A DNA stretch of 64,000 nt from Hormiphora californensis (GCA_020137815.1 CM035350.1:3596001-3660000); one strand, 5' to 3'. Positions 51,043 through 63,263 are shown, counted from the stretch's first letter. Notes: generated by a model from the letters alone, not told the origin. Made by a program: numbers and translations.

Positions 51043-53391
51043 ATCTCTCTCCTTTTCTCTCTAGGAAGTGACACGGTTGGACAGTCATTCTCTGCACGAG
51101 GAGAAAGGATGGGACAAGAAGACCACGGTTAGGTTTGTGTGTACCTCTGATACCCATAACCAGACGGAGAGGTACAACTTCCAAATTCCCCCCGGTGATG
51201 TTCTGATACACGCAGGGGACTTTTCGCAGGTAATAATAATACTTATTTGCAATATACCGACGGTATTGAGATAGGTAGTGAGTGTCAGAATGTGAATTGT
51301 GACATATACAGTGTGGACTAAATTGTTTGTGTTCAACACACAGGGATGTGGTAACCACGGGTAGAGATTTAGTAGAGATTGAGTTGTTACACTTACCACA
51401 CACGTGTGTGGGCAGTACTCTCATTGTACCCAAGTGTGGCAATAAAATCTTATACTACATAACAAACATCAATTTTCCAGGTGGGTGATATAACAGAGGT
51501 TTACCATTTTGCGGACTGGCTGGATACCTTACCTCACCCTATTAAAATTGTTATTCCAGGTAACTGCGTCACATACCCAGAATTCACTACCATTGTGTGT
51601 AATGTGTGCAATAGTGCAACCTACTACTCAACACATTTTATGTCTAGCCCAATATACATCTCAGGTAATCACGAGTTAACATTTGACCCGGCCTGTATGC
51701 GTGGAGACGGGGGCTCGGACCACCACCGTGAAAAGATGATAGAACGGTTATCACAGAGCTGTACCCTTCTAGAGGATACTACCGCCATTGTTCATGGCAT
51801 CAAGATATTCGGGTCACCCTGGTATGTTACCGTTACTATGGTTACCAATGGTTACCAATGGTACTAATTTTACCAATGGTTATTGGTTACCATAACAGTA
51901 CTCCTTCCTGGTGTAACCTCTCTCTCTCTATCCAGGCAACCCGAGTTTGGGGGTTGGGCATACAACCTGATCAGAGGGGATGAGTGTCAGGCGAAGTGGT
52001 TGGAGATTCCCACCGATACAGATTTCCTCATAACCCACGGACCCCCCGCGGGACATGGTGACTTGTGTCGGAACAAGATCAGAGCGGGGTGTGTTGATCT
52101 ACTACAGGAAATACAGACACGTATTCAGCCACAGTACCATATCTTTGGACATATACACGAGGGTAGGTGTAGTTTGGTAATGAATTACCCCTCTGTTATT
52201 ATTGCTTGTAATAAAAGGGGTGACTTCGTAACCAAAGATGTAGTTGTAATATGTAGTTTCCTTTTGAACGATATTATATGTAATATTAGGCTGTCCAGTA
52301 TTGATTGTCGTTGGGCTTTTATGAGACAATGGTTTGAGATAGAGCAAAATGGACTTCACCACCGTTTTTCTCATGCGATTTTGGATGGGAACAAGATGCC
52401 CGGTATCGGTATGTGGCTGTTCTTGGTTCTCAGCAGGCTATTTTCTCTACCCCACTCTTGTTGCCGCTGCATATGAAAAATCGCGATTTTCGAATTTTAG
52501 CACCAAAACTGATGTACTTCTTAAAAATGGTACCTGAGTGATGTTTTGTTGCATCAAGCTTGTTCATTGGACAATTATCTATCGTTTAAGATGTAATAAA
52601 ATATCCTATCTTTATTTTGTCACTGAGCAATGGGCCTCCAAAAAGTTTTGGTAAAAATTAGAAACTTTCACTTCCGGGTCTCATCAGGATTGACTTATAA
52701 TAAAAAACTCTGCAGTGAAAGATAGTTCTAAGTAAGTTCTAAGACGTAGTGAAGCCAATTATGTGATTGGTTGACTTTTAAAGTGACTAATTGACGTTTT
52801 CGAAAACGGGCCAGTTTTTGTATGCACTTTTTCGCTTTTTCATGATACATTTACTGTTCTAGAGGTTATGAGTTAACACTTAGAGACCCAAATCGCATAC
52901 ATATTTCATCCTTAGACGATTGTCTATCGATTGAGCACTGCGGAAGCCGAAGAAACCGTACCAATTTTCTTCCAGCAGCGTTTAAAAAACATTGGTAACT
53001 TGTGTCGGAACAAGATCAGAGCGGGGTGTGTTGATCTACTACAGGAAATACAGACACGTATTCAGCCTCAGTACCATATCTTTGGGCATATACACGAGGG
53101 TAGGTGTAATAGTTTCCTTTTGAACGATATTATATGTAATATATCTTTTACTCAGACCCTTTTTTTAATTGTCTTTCCTCCATAGATCCGGGCGTAACGA
53201 CAGACGGACAGACAAAGTTTATCAATGCTTCAATGTGTGACATCAGATACCATGCGAACCAGTACCCGATCCTTATTGACATGCCCAGGGTGTCCGAGGA
53301 AATGGTTTTGAAGTCGTGTCCTGCAGAGTGGAGACCCGAGATAGACCCCAGACCCCGGGGGCACGCCTCAGATCTTAGATATTTTAGTTGA
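50762..53391 (+). CDS. Metallophosphoesterase MPPED1/2-like, paralogue b
   Basis: Exons ~50762-50899, 51065-51229, 51481-51559, 51665-51821, 51936-52162 and 53186-53391. TSDTHN, HAGDFS, PGNHE, GSPWQPEF, THGPP, FGHIHE. Confidence 0.92.
52174..52236. mobile_element. Small hairpin MITE, TTGGTAAC family
   Basis: TTGGTAATGAATTACCCCT...AGGGGTGACTTCGTAACCAA. Relatives at 53414-53509 and ~14885-14925. Confidence 0.65.
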
Positions 53392-53413
53392 TTTGTATCA
53401 CATGAGACTTTGG

Positions 53414-53509
53414 TTGGTAACGAAATTACCCCTAACTTGATGGTGCGCTAAATCGTGCCTTACTACCGCGATGCCGTAGTTAGTCTACGAGGGGTAATTT
53501 CGTTACCAA
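53414..53509. mobile_element. Hairpin MITE with 20-bp TIR
   Basis: TTGGTAACGAAATTACCCCT/AGGGGTAATTTCGTTACCAA, flanked by AGACTTTGG/GGACTTTGG. Confidence 0.8.
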
Positions 53510-53722
53510 GGACTTTGGGAGATGAGTGTGTAATTGTGTGTAATTGTTTTGAGTTGCTATTTTAGATTTTTACATTTCATTTTGTGTTGTTTCCTAACGT
53601 TTGTATTATTAGAATTTGAAATTATTTTTTCATCAGACACTTTTATTACTTCCATTGACAAAATTGCTTGTTTTCAAATTGAGTTTATCTAATTACAATC
53701 ATTCCCCCTATCCTCAGGCGAG

Positions 53723-54853
53723 ATGGATTTCTTCAGAGGTAACGGCTCACCCATTCCTGGTCTCCGTTCTAGCCCATCTTCTTCTAACGTCGTCGCCCCT
53801 GATCCCGCCGAAACAACTACAGACCAGGAACAGATAATTCAAAACAAGTTCAGTTATTATTTCATGCACAGAACAGGCAAACTTATGGACAGTACAGTTG
53901 AGGAACAAACCAAAAAGTTCATATTCTGGGTAAAACGGCTTGATGCACCCATTGAAAAGAAAGCATCGGAGGTTCAGAAGTTTTACGCGTTCATGAGTAA
54001 ACGATTACATAATTTCCCGGGGTTTGACGGTTGGACGAGTGATATGGTGGATGAGATAGTGACAGGGATGGAGCGGTTTGTAATGGTTAACATCCACGAT
54101 GCAGTATTCAATCCAGTGGAGGATCGGGAGCGGAACCAGCTGTTAGATGCTAGGATCAGGTCCCTTATTTGGATCCTACCTAAACACCTTGATTTCACAT
54201 TACCAAGTGACAACGAGCAAGCAGACAGACAGCTGGCCATTGCACAGAGTCACCTCCTCCAGGAGACCACAGACAGACGTAACAGAACACCCCATGATAA
54301 GATCCGAGGTATGGTGCAGTGCTGTAACGCTCTCCATGATCTGTTTAAAATAGCCCATGAAGCGGCAGCGGGGGCTGATGAATTACTGCCCATGCTTATT
54401 TACACGATAATAGTTGCTGCTCCACCTGATCTATACGCTACCATCCAGTACATTGACCGGTTCCTTCCCTCTGACACCCTGGCCAGCGGGGAGACAGCCT
54501 ACCATTTCACGAACATGTGCTGTGCACAGCAGTTCCTGGAGTCCCTCTCCCACGATAAGTTGTCCCTGTCGGAGGAGGAGTTCACCCACTTCATGGAGGG
54601 GCACAGTTCCCATTTGGAGGAGGCCCTCACCACAAAGTTTGCTAGTGGCCTGCTGGATAACATCACCAGGGTTAAGGAGTGCGAGGAGCGGTTAAAAAGG
54701 TTGAGGGGATTCCACAGTAAACTGGGTGGCAATATGGAGCAGCTGAGGGGTGATGTTAGGAATCACAGCAAGAAGGTTGAGGCTGAGGTGTCAGAGATGA
54801 TGGGACTCTTTAATTCACTACAAACTGATATGGGTCAGCTAATGGCTAGTTAG
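53723..54853 (+). CDS. RABGEF1: VPS9-domain Rab5 GEF (RABGEF1/Rabex-5-like), single exon
   Basis: 376-aa ORF with helical bundle, VPS9 motifs TPHDK, GADELLPMLIY and SGETAYHFTN, and a C-terminal coiled coil. Confidence 0.85.
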   Translation: MDFFRGNGSPIPGLRSSPSSSNVVAPDPAETTTDQEQIIQNKFSYYFMHRTGKLMDSTVEEQTKKFIFWVKRLDAPIEKKASEVQKFYAFMSKRLHNFPGFDGWTSDMVDEIVTGMERFVMVNIHDAVFNPVEDRERNQLLDARIRSLIWILPKHLDFTLPSDNEQADRQLAIAQSHLLQETTDRRNRTPHDKIRGMVQCCNALHDLFKIAHEAAAGADELLPMLIYTIIVAAPPDLYATIQYIDRFLPSDTLASGETAYHFTNMCCAQQFLESLSHDKLSLSEEEFTHFMEGHSSHLEEALTTKFASGLLDNITRVKECEERLKRLRGFHSKLGGNMEQLRGDVRNHSKKVEAEVSEMMGLFNSLQTDMGQLMAS

Positions 54854-54896
54854 AACCTGGTGGTACCTGTATAACTTTGTAAGGGTCGGGTACATT

Positions 54897-54963
54897 CTGT
54901 CTGGCGCCCTACCCCAATTTGATTCTCAACAGTGCGCTCAGATGGGGTCGCGGCGCCAGACAG
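54897..54963. mobile_element. 67-bp micro-MITE with 8-bp TSD
   Basis: TIR CTGTCTGGCGCC/GGCGCCAGACAG; GGTACATT on both sides. Reverse-complement relative at ~3620-3692. Confidence 0.85.
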
Positions 54964-55119
54964 GGTACATTCGAAGCAGGGGTTCACGCTGTTTATATAT
55001 TGTCTTTCTGTGTTGTTGATTATTATTATTCCAAGCGTTCTGATTTCAGTTTACAATCTTTAACAACCCGTTTACGTATCCGTGTATAAATCCTTGTGTG
55101 TAACTGTCGCCTGACACTT

Positions 55120-55195
55120 CCCTCTAACAACACCCCCCTAACAACACCCCTAACAACACCTCTAACAACACCCCTAACAACACCCCTAACAACAC
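55120..55195. repeat. ~12-bp tandem CCCCTAACAACA x~6
   Basis: Direct reading; lies just upstream of the acceptor preceding NDUFA7. Confidence 0.85.
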
Positions 55196-55214
55196 GGAAC
55201 AATCTTTATCAGCT

Positions 55215-55762
55215 ATGAGTGGAAACCTAATCCCGGGTGGCCGGTTCCGGTCAAAACTAATTGAGTTCCTGACCAAGAAGCCCTACCGAGATCATATCAG
55301 GTCTCCCCTTACCCAGGCACCCCGGTCCATTCCCAAACCCGTCATGCCGGCATCTGAGAACTCCGCGGTATCTGCTAACCCCTACCACCTGAGAGATTCC
55401 AGAAGGGAAATGGGTCCTCCTGTTAGTCTACTGAGTAAACAAATCGCTGCCGGACAAGAAGCAACGTGAGTTACCTTTTTGCTGTTGCATTTCTTTTGAA
55501 ACGCACTCGTTTTTTAACGTGTGGTGTGCACGTCAAAAACTGATAAATATCGCATTTTCACACGTTTGGTGGTGACAAACATCCGACTTTAACCTTCGTA
55601 CAACAAATAACTACTACTACCCACAGACAAGCAGCGTTTGTGGCCCCTGTCCCCGGTAACGTCTATAACCCTGGTGAAAAGCCATATCAATACGATATCG
55701 GGGCTAATGATCGACTTGGACACTTGAGGAAAGATCCTAAGAAGATTTCACTGTGGGATTAA
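55215..55762 (+). CDS. NDUFA7: Complex I accessory subunit B14.5a
   Basis: Exons 55215-55465 and 55627-55762. RSPLTQAPRSIPKP...SANPYHLRDSRREMGPP...PVPG matches the NDUFA7 pattern. Confidence 0.8.
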
Positions 55763-56127
55763 AAAGAACTTATTTTGTATTATAGCGCACACGGACACTG
55801 ATTGTGATATTACATCATCATGTGATCTTGTTATTGGTCTAAGTTATTGAGAACTTCTGTACAAATGCTGGGTTTTAGTATATATTCGTGAACATTCTAA
55901 CCCGGTCGCTTGTAGTCGAAAACGGTAATGGAAAACGGAGATACGGTATGAAGATTGAAGACACGCAACCGTGACCAATCAGTGCGCTAGTACGTGCTGA
56001 CACATGCACTTTTTGCTGCGCGTTATGCAAAGTCTGCGTCTTATTACTGTAATTCCATTACGGTAATGCCACTACAAGCGGCAGCGTATAGGTGTTCACA
56101 GTTGCCTAAATAACCCCTCTCTTTCTT

Positions 56128-56229
<102 letters not shown>

Positions 56230-56245
56230 CCTCTCCTTTCTAGAG

Positions 56246-58126
56246 ATGCAAACTGCAGTAAGATTGGCACGTGTTTATCGCTCAACTAAATGCTGCAGAC
56301 ACTGTAAGTTGAGTGTTCTTATTTTTCTGTTACACATAGTCTTTCTGTTTCTGATTATACGTAATCTTTCTGTTTAGTTTGTGTGACTGCTTGTCCCTCC
56401 CTCTAGCTTTATTAATTCTCTGCAGTTTCGGAGCGTACCACAGATCACCCCTTCCTCCGGGAGAGATACGAGAGAGGTTATGACGAGAATTTGAAGGTTC
56501 TCTTTGGAAAAGAGCATCCTCAACCAAACAGTGATGAAATTAAATTTTCTGATTTCAAAGCTCTCCGTCCCTCTCTCCAGGCGCAACTGGGCGTGTTAGG
56601 TTTTGATAAACCCATGCCAGTTCAGCATGAGACATTGAAAGCGACACTACAGGGGAGGTATGTATTTCAAAACACACCAAGTTATTCTGAAAAAATGTAA
56701 TTTGGAGAAAGTTCGAAGTTTATTTTGCCCTTTTTTCTTCCAGGGACGCTGTCATTAAATCGGTTACTGGAAGTGGTAAGACATTGGCCTTTGTTTTACC
56801 CCTGTTGAACAAGATTGGCGCCCAAAGAAAGGGAATAGGAGGACAGAGACCCCAGGCAATCATAACAGCACCCACTCGACAATTATGCAGACAAATCAGC
56901 AAGTAGGTCAAGTGATCTGTGTTGTTTTTGGGGGATTATTATAAGCTTGAACTACGCCCTATCGATATATTTTTCAGTATCTCTCTATCTCCGATCATCT
57001 CTCTCAGTGTTGTTGAATCGTTTATTGGGGAGGAGCGTCTTATCAGAATGTGGTCCGGTATGGGAGAGAGGGTTCGGGGGCAGGCTAAACATGCCAGAGC
57101 AGAAGGGAGGGATATCGTCATAGCAACCCCTGGCAGAACGATGCAGCTTGTCTCCATGAATATTATCAGGTGGGTATTCAGGTGTGATTGAAAAATAGAG
57201 AGATTTATTTTCAACAACAAGCTTGTCGCTGCTATTCCTTCAGGGGATCCCGCCCGCCGCGCCAGTATTTGTTAGCGAAGGGCGTTTTACATTTATACAT
57301 GTCTTCCCTTACACACCAGACCGGCCGATTTACGGTTTTTGGTGCTAGACGAGGCAGATGAGCTGTTGCACGATGTGTTCTACAAGCAAATGAAGTGGGT
57401 CCTGGACAACTCAAACAAGGACAAACAAATGATAATGACAACCGCTACCGTGCCCCGGAATGTACAGTTTGTCATGGATAGATATATGAACCATCACATG
57501 ATGATCGACATGGGACACACGGTGAGTTTTGTAACAGTAAACCTTTGATATGAAGTCATGTAAATAATATAGGCTTGGGGACTTTTTCCCTTTGCTAGAA
57601 GATGCGTTCTGCATTTGCCCAATTTTTATCTAACTCATTTAAAAATTGTGACTACGCCACAGTTGGTGCGATATGGGTCAATCGAAAGTAAATATCCCCC
57701 CCCCCGGTGTTTTTAATCCCCCCGGGTTTTATCAAAAAAATATTTTAACAGAGGCAGAGTACCAGCAAGTGTGAAGCACAAGGCAGTCCTGGTGGATGGG
57801 AAACTAGGATTCATGGCAATGAAGTGGATCTAAAGAGGGTCAAAGGGACTTTTTGTTTTTTAGGCGGTTTTTTGGAATGGAATATTATTCATTTTATGTG
57901 AAAAAGAAGAAAAAAAAAGGGGGGGGCCCCCCAAACTTTTTTTTTGAAGACCCCTAATTTAAAAAATTGTTAATGAAAGGGGGGGAAAAAAAAGCCCCTT
58001 GCTCTAAATTTCCGGGAAAATTTTTACTTTTTGGGGGAAAAGTTAGAAAGGGGGGGTTTTTGGCCCTTTTTTAAATTTTTTCTTATTTTTTTTTTTCCCA
58101 AAAACTCCCCCCTTTTTTTTTCCCCC

Positions 58127-58158
<32 letters not shown>

Positions 58159-58163
58159 CCCCC

Positions 58164-58194
<31 letters not shown>

Positions 58195-59100
58195 AAAAGG
58201 GGAAGGGGGAAGGGGGGAAAAGGAAAAGACCCGGGAAAAAAAAAAAAAAAAGGGGGAAAGGCCGGAAAAAAAGGGGGGGGGGGAGGGGGGGGTTAAACCC
58301 CGGGGGAAAAAAAAGGCAAAAAAAAAAGAGATGGATCAATAATAAGGGAATTTTTTTCCCCCACAATAGGGTTTATTCCCTTTAGTCCCTTTTGTCCATT
58401 ATTCCCTCTCTTTTCCCCAAAATTTTCCTCCTTTTTTTTCTTATTTTTTTTGTTCTTTTTTTTTGGGGGGTTTTTTTGAAATAAACCCCTTTATTTTCCC
58501 CCTCCGGTTTTAAAAAATGTCAAAACAACTAATTCCCTTCCCAAGGTTGAAGGGGGAAAGGGTTCCGAAAAGGTGGGGGAAAAAAGAAAACCCCCTTTTT
58601 TTTTTAAAAAAAATTTTTGGTCCCAAACCCCCCCCGGGGGTTTTGGGAAAAGGGCCCCCCCCCCCATTGCCATCTTTTTTTTTCCCCTTTCCCCTTTTTC
58701 CCATTAAAATTTAAAAAAACCCCCTTTTTAAAGTTTTAAAAAAAAAAACCCCGACAGGGGCAAAAAATTTCGAAAGGGCCGGCCCAAAGAACCAAAAAGC
58801 CCCCAAAAAAAAGCGGGTTTTACAAAATTTACCCTTTTTTTATTTTTTTCCCTTTTTCTCCCCCCCTTTTTTTTTTTTTTTTAAACCCCCCCCCCCCCCT
58901 TTTTTTTTTTTAACCCTTAACCACTGGGGGAAAAAAAAAGGGGGGGGGGCAAAAAAACGAGAAAAAAAACGGGGGGGAATGGAAGGGGGTTTTTTCCCTT
59001 TGGATTTTTTTAAATATCCCCAAAAAATTTTTTTTTGGGGAAAAGGTAAGGCCCATGTTTTTTTTTCCTTTCTCATTAACAACTTGCCCCTTTCAAAAAC
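56246..59100 (+). CDS. DEAD-box RNA helicase, probable mitochondrial presequence; 3' half unreadable
   Basis: Q motif GFDKPMPVQ, SVTGSGKT, APTRQL, ATPGR, VLDEAD and motif III TAT; Arg-rich N-terminus. Sequence after ~57830 is garbled, so the end is approximate. Confidence 0.85.
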
Positions 59101-59211
59101 CCGTTAATTTCCCGGGAAAACTAGAGTTAGAAAAAAAGATATTATGAATGGTGTTGGTAATTTATTAGCTTTTTTAAATATTTCTAGTAGTACTGTCTTT
59201 CTCTAACTACA

Positions 59212-59538
59212 GGTCCCATGTTCCCCTAACTAGACCCATGCCCCCTCCCCTAACTGTTCCCCTGACTAGACCCATGCCCCCCTAACTGTTCCCCTGACTA
59301 GACCCATGCCCCCCTAACTGTTCCCCTGACTAGACCCATGCCCCCCTAACTGTTCCCCTGACTAGACCCATGCCCCCTCCCCTAACTGTTCCCCTAACTA
59401 GACCCATGCCCCCTAACTGTTCCCCTGACTAGACCCATGCCCCCCCCCCCCTATTTGTTCCCCCGACTAGACCCATGTCCCCTAACTGTTATCCTGATTA
59501 GACCCATGCCCCCCCCTAACTGTTCTCCTGACTAGACT
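59212..59538 (+). repeat. ~31-bp minisatellite ending at the BROX start
   Basis: Unit CCCCTAACTGTTCCCCTGACTAGACCCATGC, about 10 copies. Confidence 0.9.
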
Positions 59539-62500
59539 ATGTCTCATTGGTTTCACCGAAACTGCCTTAAGGCAACAGGACCTCTAGATACGAAACATCT
59601 TACACCCATCCTTACATCCCAAAAGGCCAACCAAATTGTAAAGTAGGTGTAGAAGGGCAAACCTTTTCCATTCATTATCGTTGGGTAAATGGGACGTGGT
59701 GGTGCAGTATTATACAGCTCCATTTACAACCCCCTACATTTCCAGTGAGTTAAAACAGAAAAGAGCCCAGCTGGTTTCCAAGATGGGTGACCTATTGGCA
59801 GATCCAAAAGCTACACCGGTAATCGATGACTATCTGACCCTTATTCGGGGCTTTGTGCAGAGTGCAGAAGGCGGGGCTAGTCCCCTACAGGATCTCCTGA
59901 AATTCAGATGGACCCAATCACTAGGAACAAGGGAACCAGAGTAAGTTTGGAATTTTTATCTAGTCTTGGGTTTGGTCCATGGCAGCATGTTCTCAACTTA
60001 TAGGGAGGTGAATTATTTGATTTTAAATCGTTGATTTAAGTAAAAGGTAACAAATCGAATGAATCATGTTTCCAGAGTTCAAAAGTGTGCCATATACGAA
60101 GTGGCAAATGTTTGTGTCAACGTTGGGTTGTGGTACATGAAACGGGCAGCTAAAGTCGCCAGTACCAACAAGTAAGACGTCATCATTATCATCCCATTAT
60201 CATCACATTATCATCCCATTATCACCACACCTCCCACTGATTCCCCCACTATATATTAATTACAGTATCATTTCCCACATTGTATTATGACACCCGGCAT
60301 CGCTCAGCTAAATCATATCTCCCCATTCTGGCACCCTACCCCGGCCCCCACTCTGACACCCAGCTCACTCAGTTACTGGCACCCTACCCCGACCCCCACT
60401 CTGACACCCTGCTCACTCAGTTACTGGCACCCTACCCCGACCCCCACTCTGACACCCAGCTCACTCAGTTACTGGCACCTTACCCCGGCCCCCACTCTGA
60501 CACCCAGCTCACTCAGTTACTGGCACCCTACCCCGACCCCCACTCTGACACCCAGCTTCCTCAGTTACTGGCACCCTACCCCGACCCCCACTCTGACACC
60601 CAGCTTCCTCAGTTACTGGCACCCTACCCCGACCCCCACTCTGACACCCAGCTTCCTCAGTTACTGGCACCTTACCCCGGCCCCCACTCTGACACCCAGC
60701 TTCCTCATCCTGGCACCCTACCCCGACCCCCACTCTGACACCCAGCTCACTCAGTTACTGGCACCCTACCCCGACCCCCACTCTGACACCCAGCTTCCTC
60801 AGTTACTGGCACCCTACCCCGACCCCCACTCTGGCACCCAGCTTCCTCATTCTGGCACCCTACCCCGACCCCCACTCTGACACCCAGCTCACTCAGTTAC
60901 TGGCACCTTACCCCGACCCCCACTCTGACACCCAGCTTCCTCATTCTGGCACCCTACCCCGACCCCCACTCTGACACCCAGCTCACTCAGTTACTGGCAC
61001 CTTACCCCGACCCCCACTCTGACACCCAGCTCACTCAGTTACTGGCACCCTACCCCGACCCCCACTCTGACACCCAGCTCACTCAGTTATGTTGAAGCTG
61101 ATGCAAAAGAAGTCCATACATGTTTGCGGACAGCGGCTGGAGTGTTTGAGTATGTTCTGGAGAAGGTAGCCCCAAATTTGGATGGAAGCCAACTAGAGGA
61201 TTGGCACGATTGTTCCGTACCCGTATTACAAGCGTACAAGCTGGAGTGTACTGCCGAGGCCCAGGAAGTTACGGTTGCCAGGGCGATAGAACTGAAACAC
61301 AAACCGGACCTAATATCTGCACTGAAACAAGGTACTCTTCTCAACATGGTAGTGTTGAAACGCATTGTGATTTGTCATCAATACATTTTTGGAGGGCTAT
61401 TTCACAAATTAAAATAAAGAATGTTTTGACACCCCCCCCCCCCCCCCCCTTCAGTAAGCTATTTAGTGATGCTGATGTTGCACTAAGGGAATCCAACACC
61501 GAATACGTAACTAAATGGAGGCGCTATCTTCAGAGCAAAATCAAGTTCTACAGTGCCTATGCTCGATCCTTTCAGGGGGAATACTTGTTGACACAGGATA
61601 AGTGTGGGGAGAGCATCAAAACGTTACAGGAGGCACAGAAATGTGAGTCTGTGTGTGTGTGAGTCTGTGTGTTTGTGAGTCTGTGTGTTTGTGAGTCTGT
61701 GTGTGTTTGTTGGAATAGTACAGGAATTATTGTGTTATACCATGTATATTGATGTTATTTATTCAGTGTACATTCTATTTCAGTGTACAAAGAAGCCCAA
61801 GTTCTGTGTAAACAATACGAGAACGCATCGGGTAATGCAGTTGGTGAGGTGAGACCTGCGAAGCATCCCTTCTTCCAGAAACTTGGTCCAATCATTGATC
61901 TTCGGCTCCAGAAAAGTGAACGGGAAAACGGTTTTATGTAAGTGTGAGTAGAGAAAGTGGTAGAGAAAAAAATAATTCTCCGGGACCGATCACACATTGT
62001 TACAGCAGAAAAAGATGATTGTCACAGCAAAACCCATCTACTCATCTTGTCCAGCCGGAAGGAGAAAACAAAACATCCTCATTTTCAGATACTACCAAAA
62101 GGTACCCGAAGATCTGCCAGAGTTAGAGCTGAAAGCCACCTTTGGTCTTGTAGCTCCCCTACCGTTTGAGGTTCCCCCTGTGCATGCTATATTCACCGAG
62201 GAAGCTTACAAGGATTTCACCATACAGCAAACACCCGGACCCAAAATTGTGAGTAGAGTTATACTGCGAGTGGGAGAGAGAGACAGACTCTTGACTGACA
62301 CACACCTACCTACACAGACAGACCGAATGACAGAGCTCGTGTTTGGAAAGCAGCCTGACAAACTTGACGAATTTGGGATGAAACCTACCAAAAAGAAATT
62401 TTTTAAACCCAGTGCACCGGCCGCTAAACGGATACGATTTGCCCCGCCCTGTCTTGCCATATTGCCGTCATTTTAACACATCCTTGTTGCTGTTTTAATA

Positions 62501-62903
62501 CAATCGGTACTTAAACTAAACACTGACGCCAGACATGTTAATGACAGACAAGTTTTTCCAAAAACTTCCTCGACCAGAAAAGAAACTAGCTATTCTAAAG
62601 TCGGCCGGCGCGCTATCGCCACACGACTCTCTTGCAATGAAAGGACCACTCTCTTGGCGCGCACGAACTTAAATTTGTAGAAATGAGATCACTCGAAAAC
62701 ATAAATTTTCCGTAGCCGGGTTGCCAAATTACTGGCTCAATGACTGGGTCACCAGATTACCACTACTAACAAATAGTGACTTAACCCCTCTCTCTCTACT
62801 CCAGACAAGTCAAGATAAGGATGACCTACCGCCTGCCAAGGAAACCGATATTGGGGGTGACACGAACGGGATCAAAAACGATAGTGGCTGTAGCATCCAA
62901 TAG
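59539..62903 (+). CDS. BROX: BRO1 domain and CAAX motif-containing protein
   Basis: MSHWFHRNCLKAT, FRWTQSLG, CTAEAQEVTVARAIELKH, QDKCGESIK, ERENGF, YYQKVP, C-terminal CAAX CSIQ*. Confidence 0.95.
60327..61086 (+). repeat. 48-bp intronic minisatellite (~16 copies) ending at a BROX 3' splice site
   Basis: Unit TTACTGGCACCCTACCCCGACCCCCACTCTGACACCCAGCTCACTCAG, with a few 44-bp variants. Confidence 0.95.
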
Positions 62904-63263
62904 ACAATGGGAGACTGAGTGGTGGGGTTCCAAAAGGAATGACAATAAACAGCGACGATTTTAAATCGTTGGTACATTGGAGTAAGAATATACATATGGG
63001 CAGTATGAGTCATAATGGTGAAGTTTTGATTGTTCGTTTTTTGTGATTTCGTATAACACTATATGTTTTAGCTGAAGAATCTGTAGATACAAACACACTG
63101 TATTTTGGAATAGAATATATAGAAATAGATTGGGTGACAAAATGTTAAAACTCTGTGTAGTGTTTGATACATACACCTTCATTCCTTGTACTATAGAATC
63201 TTTGTTTTCATGCATTCGATGTATATATCGTGATATATTCTGGTCCCGTGTCTCTATATCATC

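Noticed and set aside
52655-52690. CTGATGA...GAAA on the - strand (hammerhead core)
   Set aside because: Stem II does not pair and the flanking stems are absent.
57700-59150. Extreme poly-A/T/G/C region and its ORFs
   Set aside because: Basecalling or consensus artefact that probably hides the helicase C-terminal exons.
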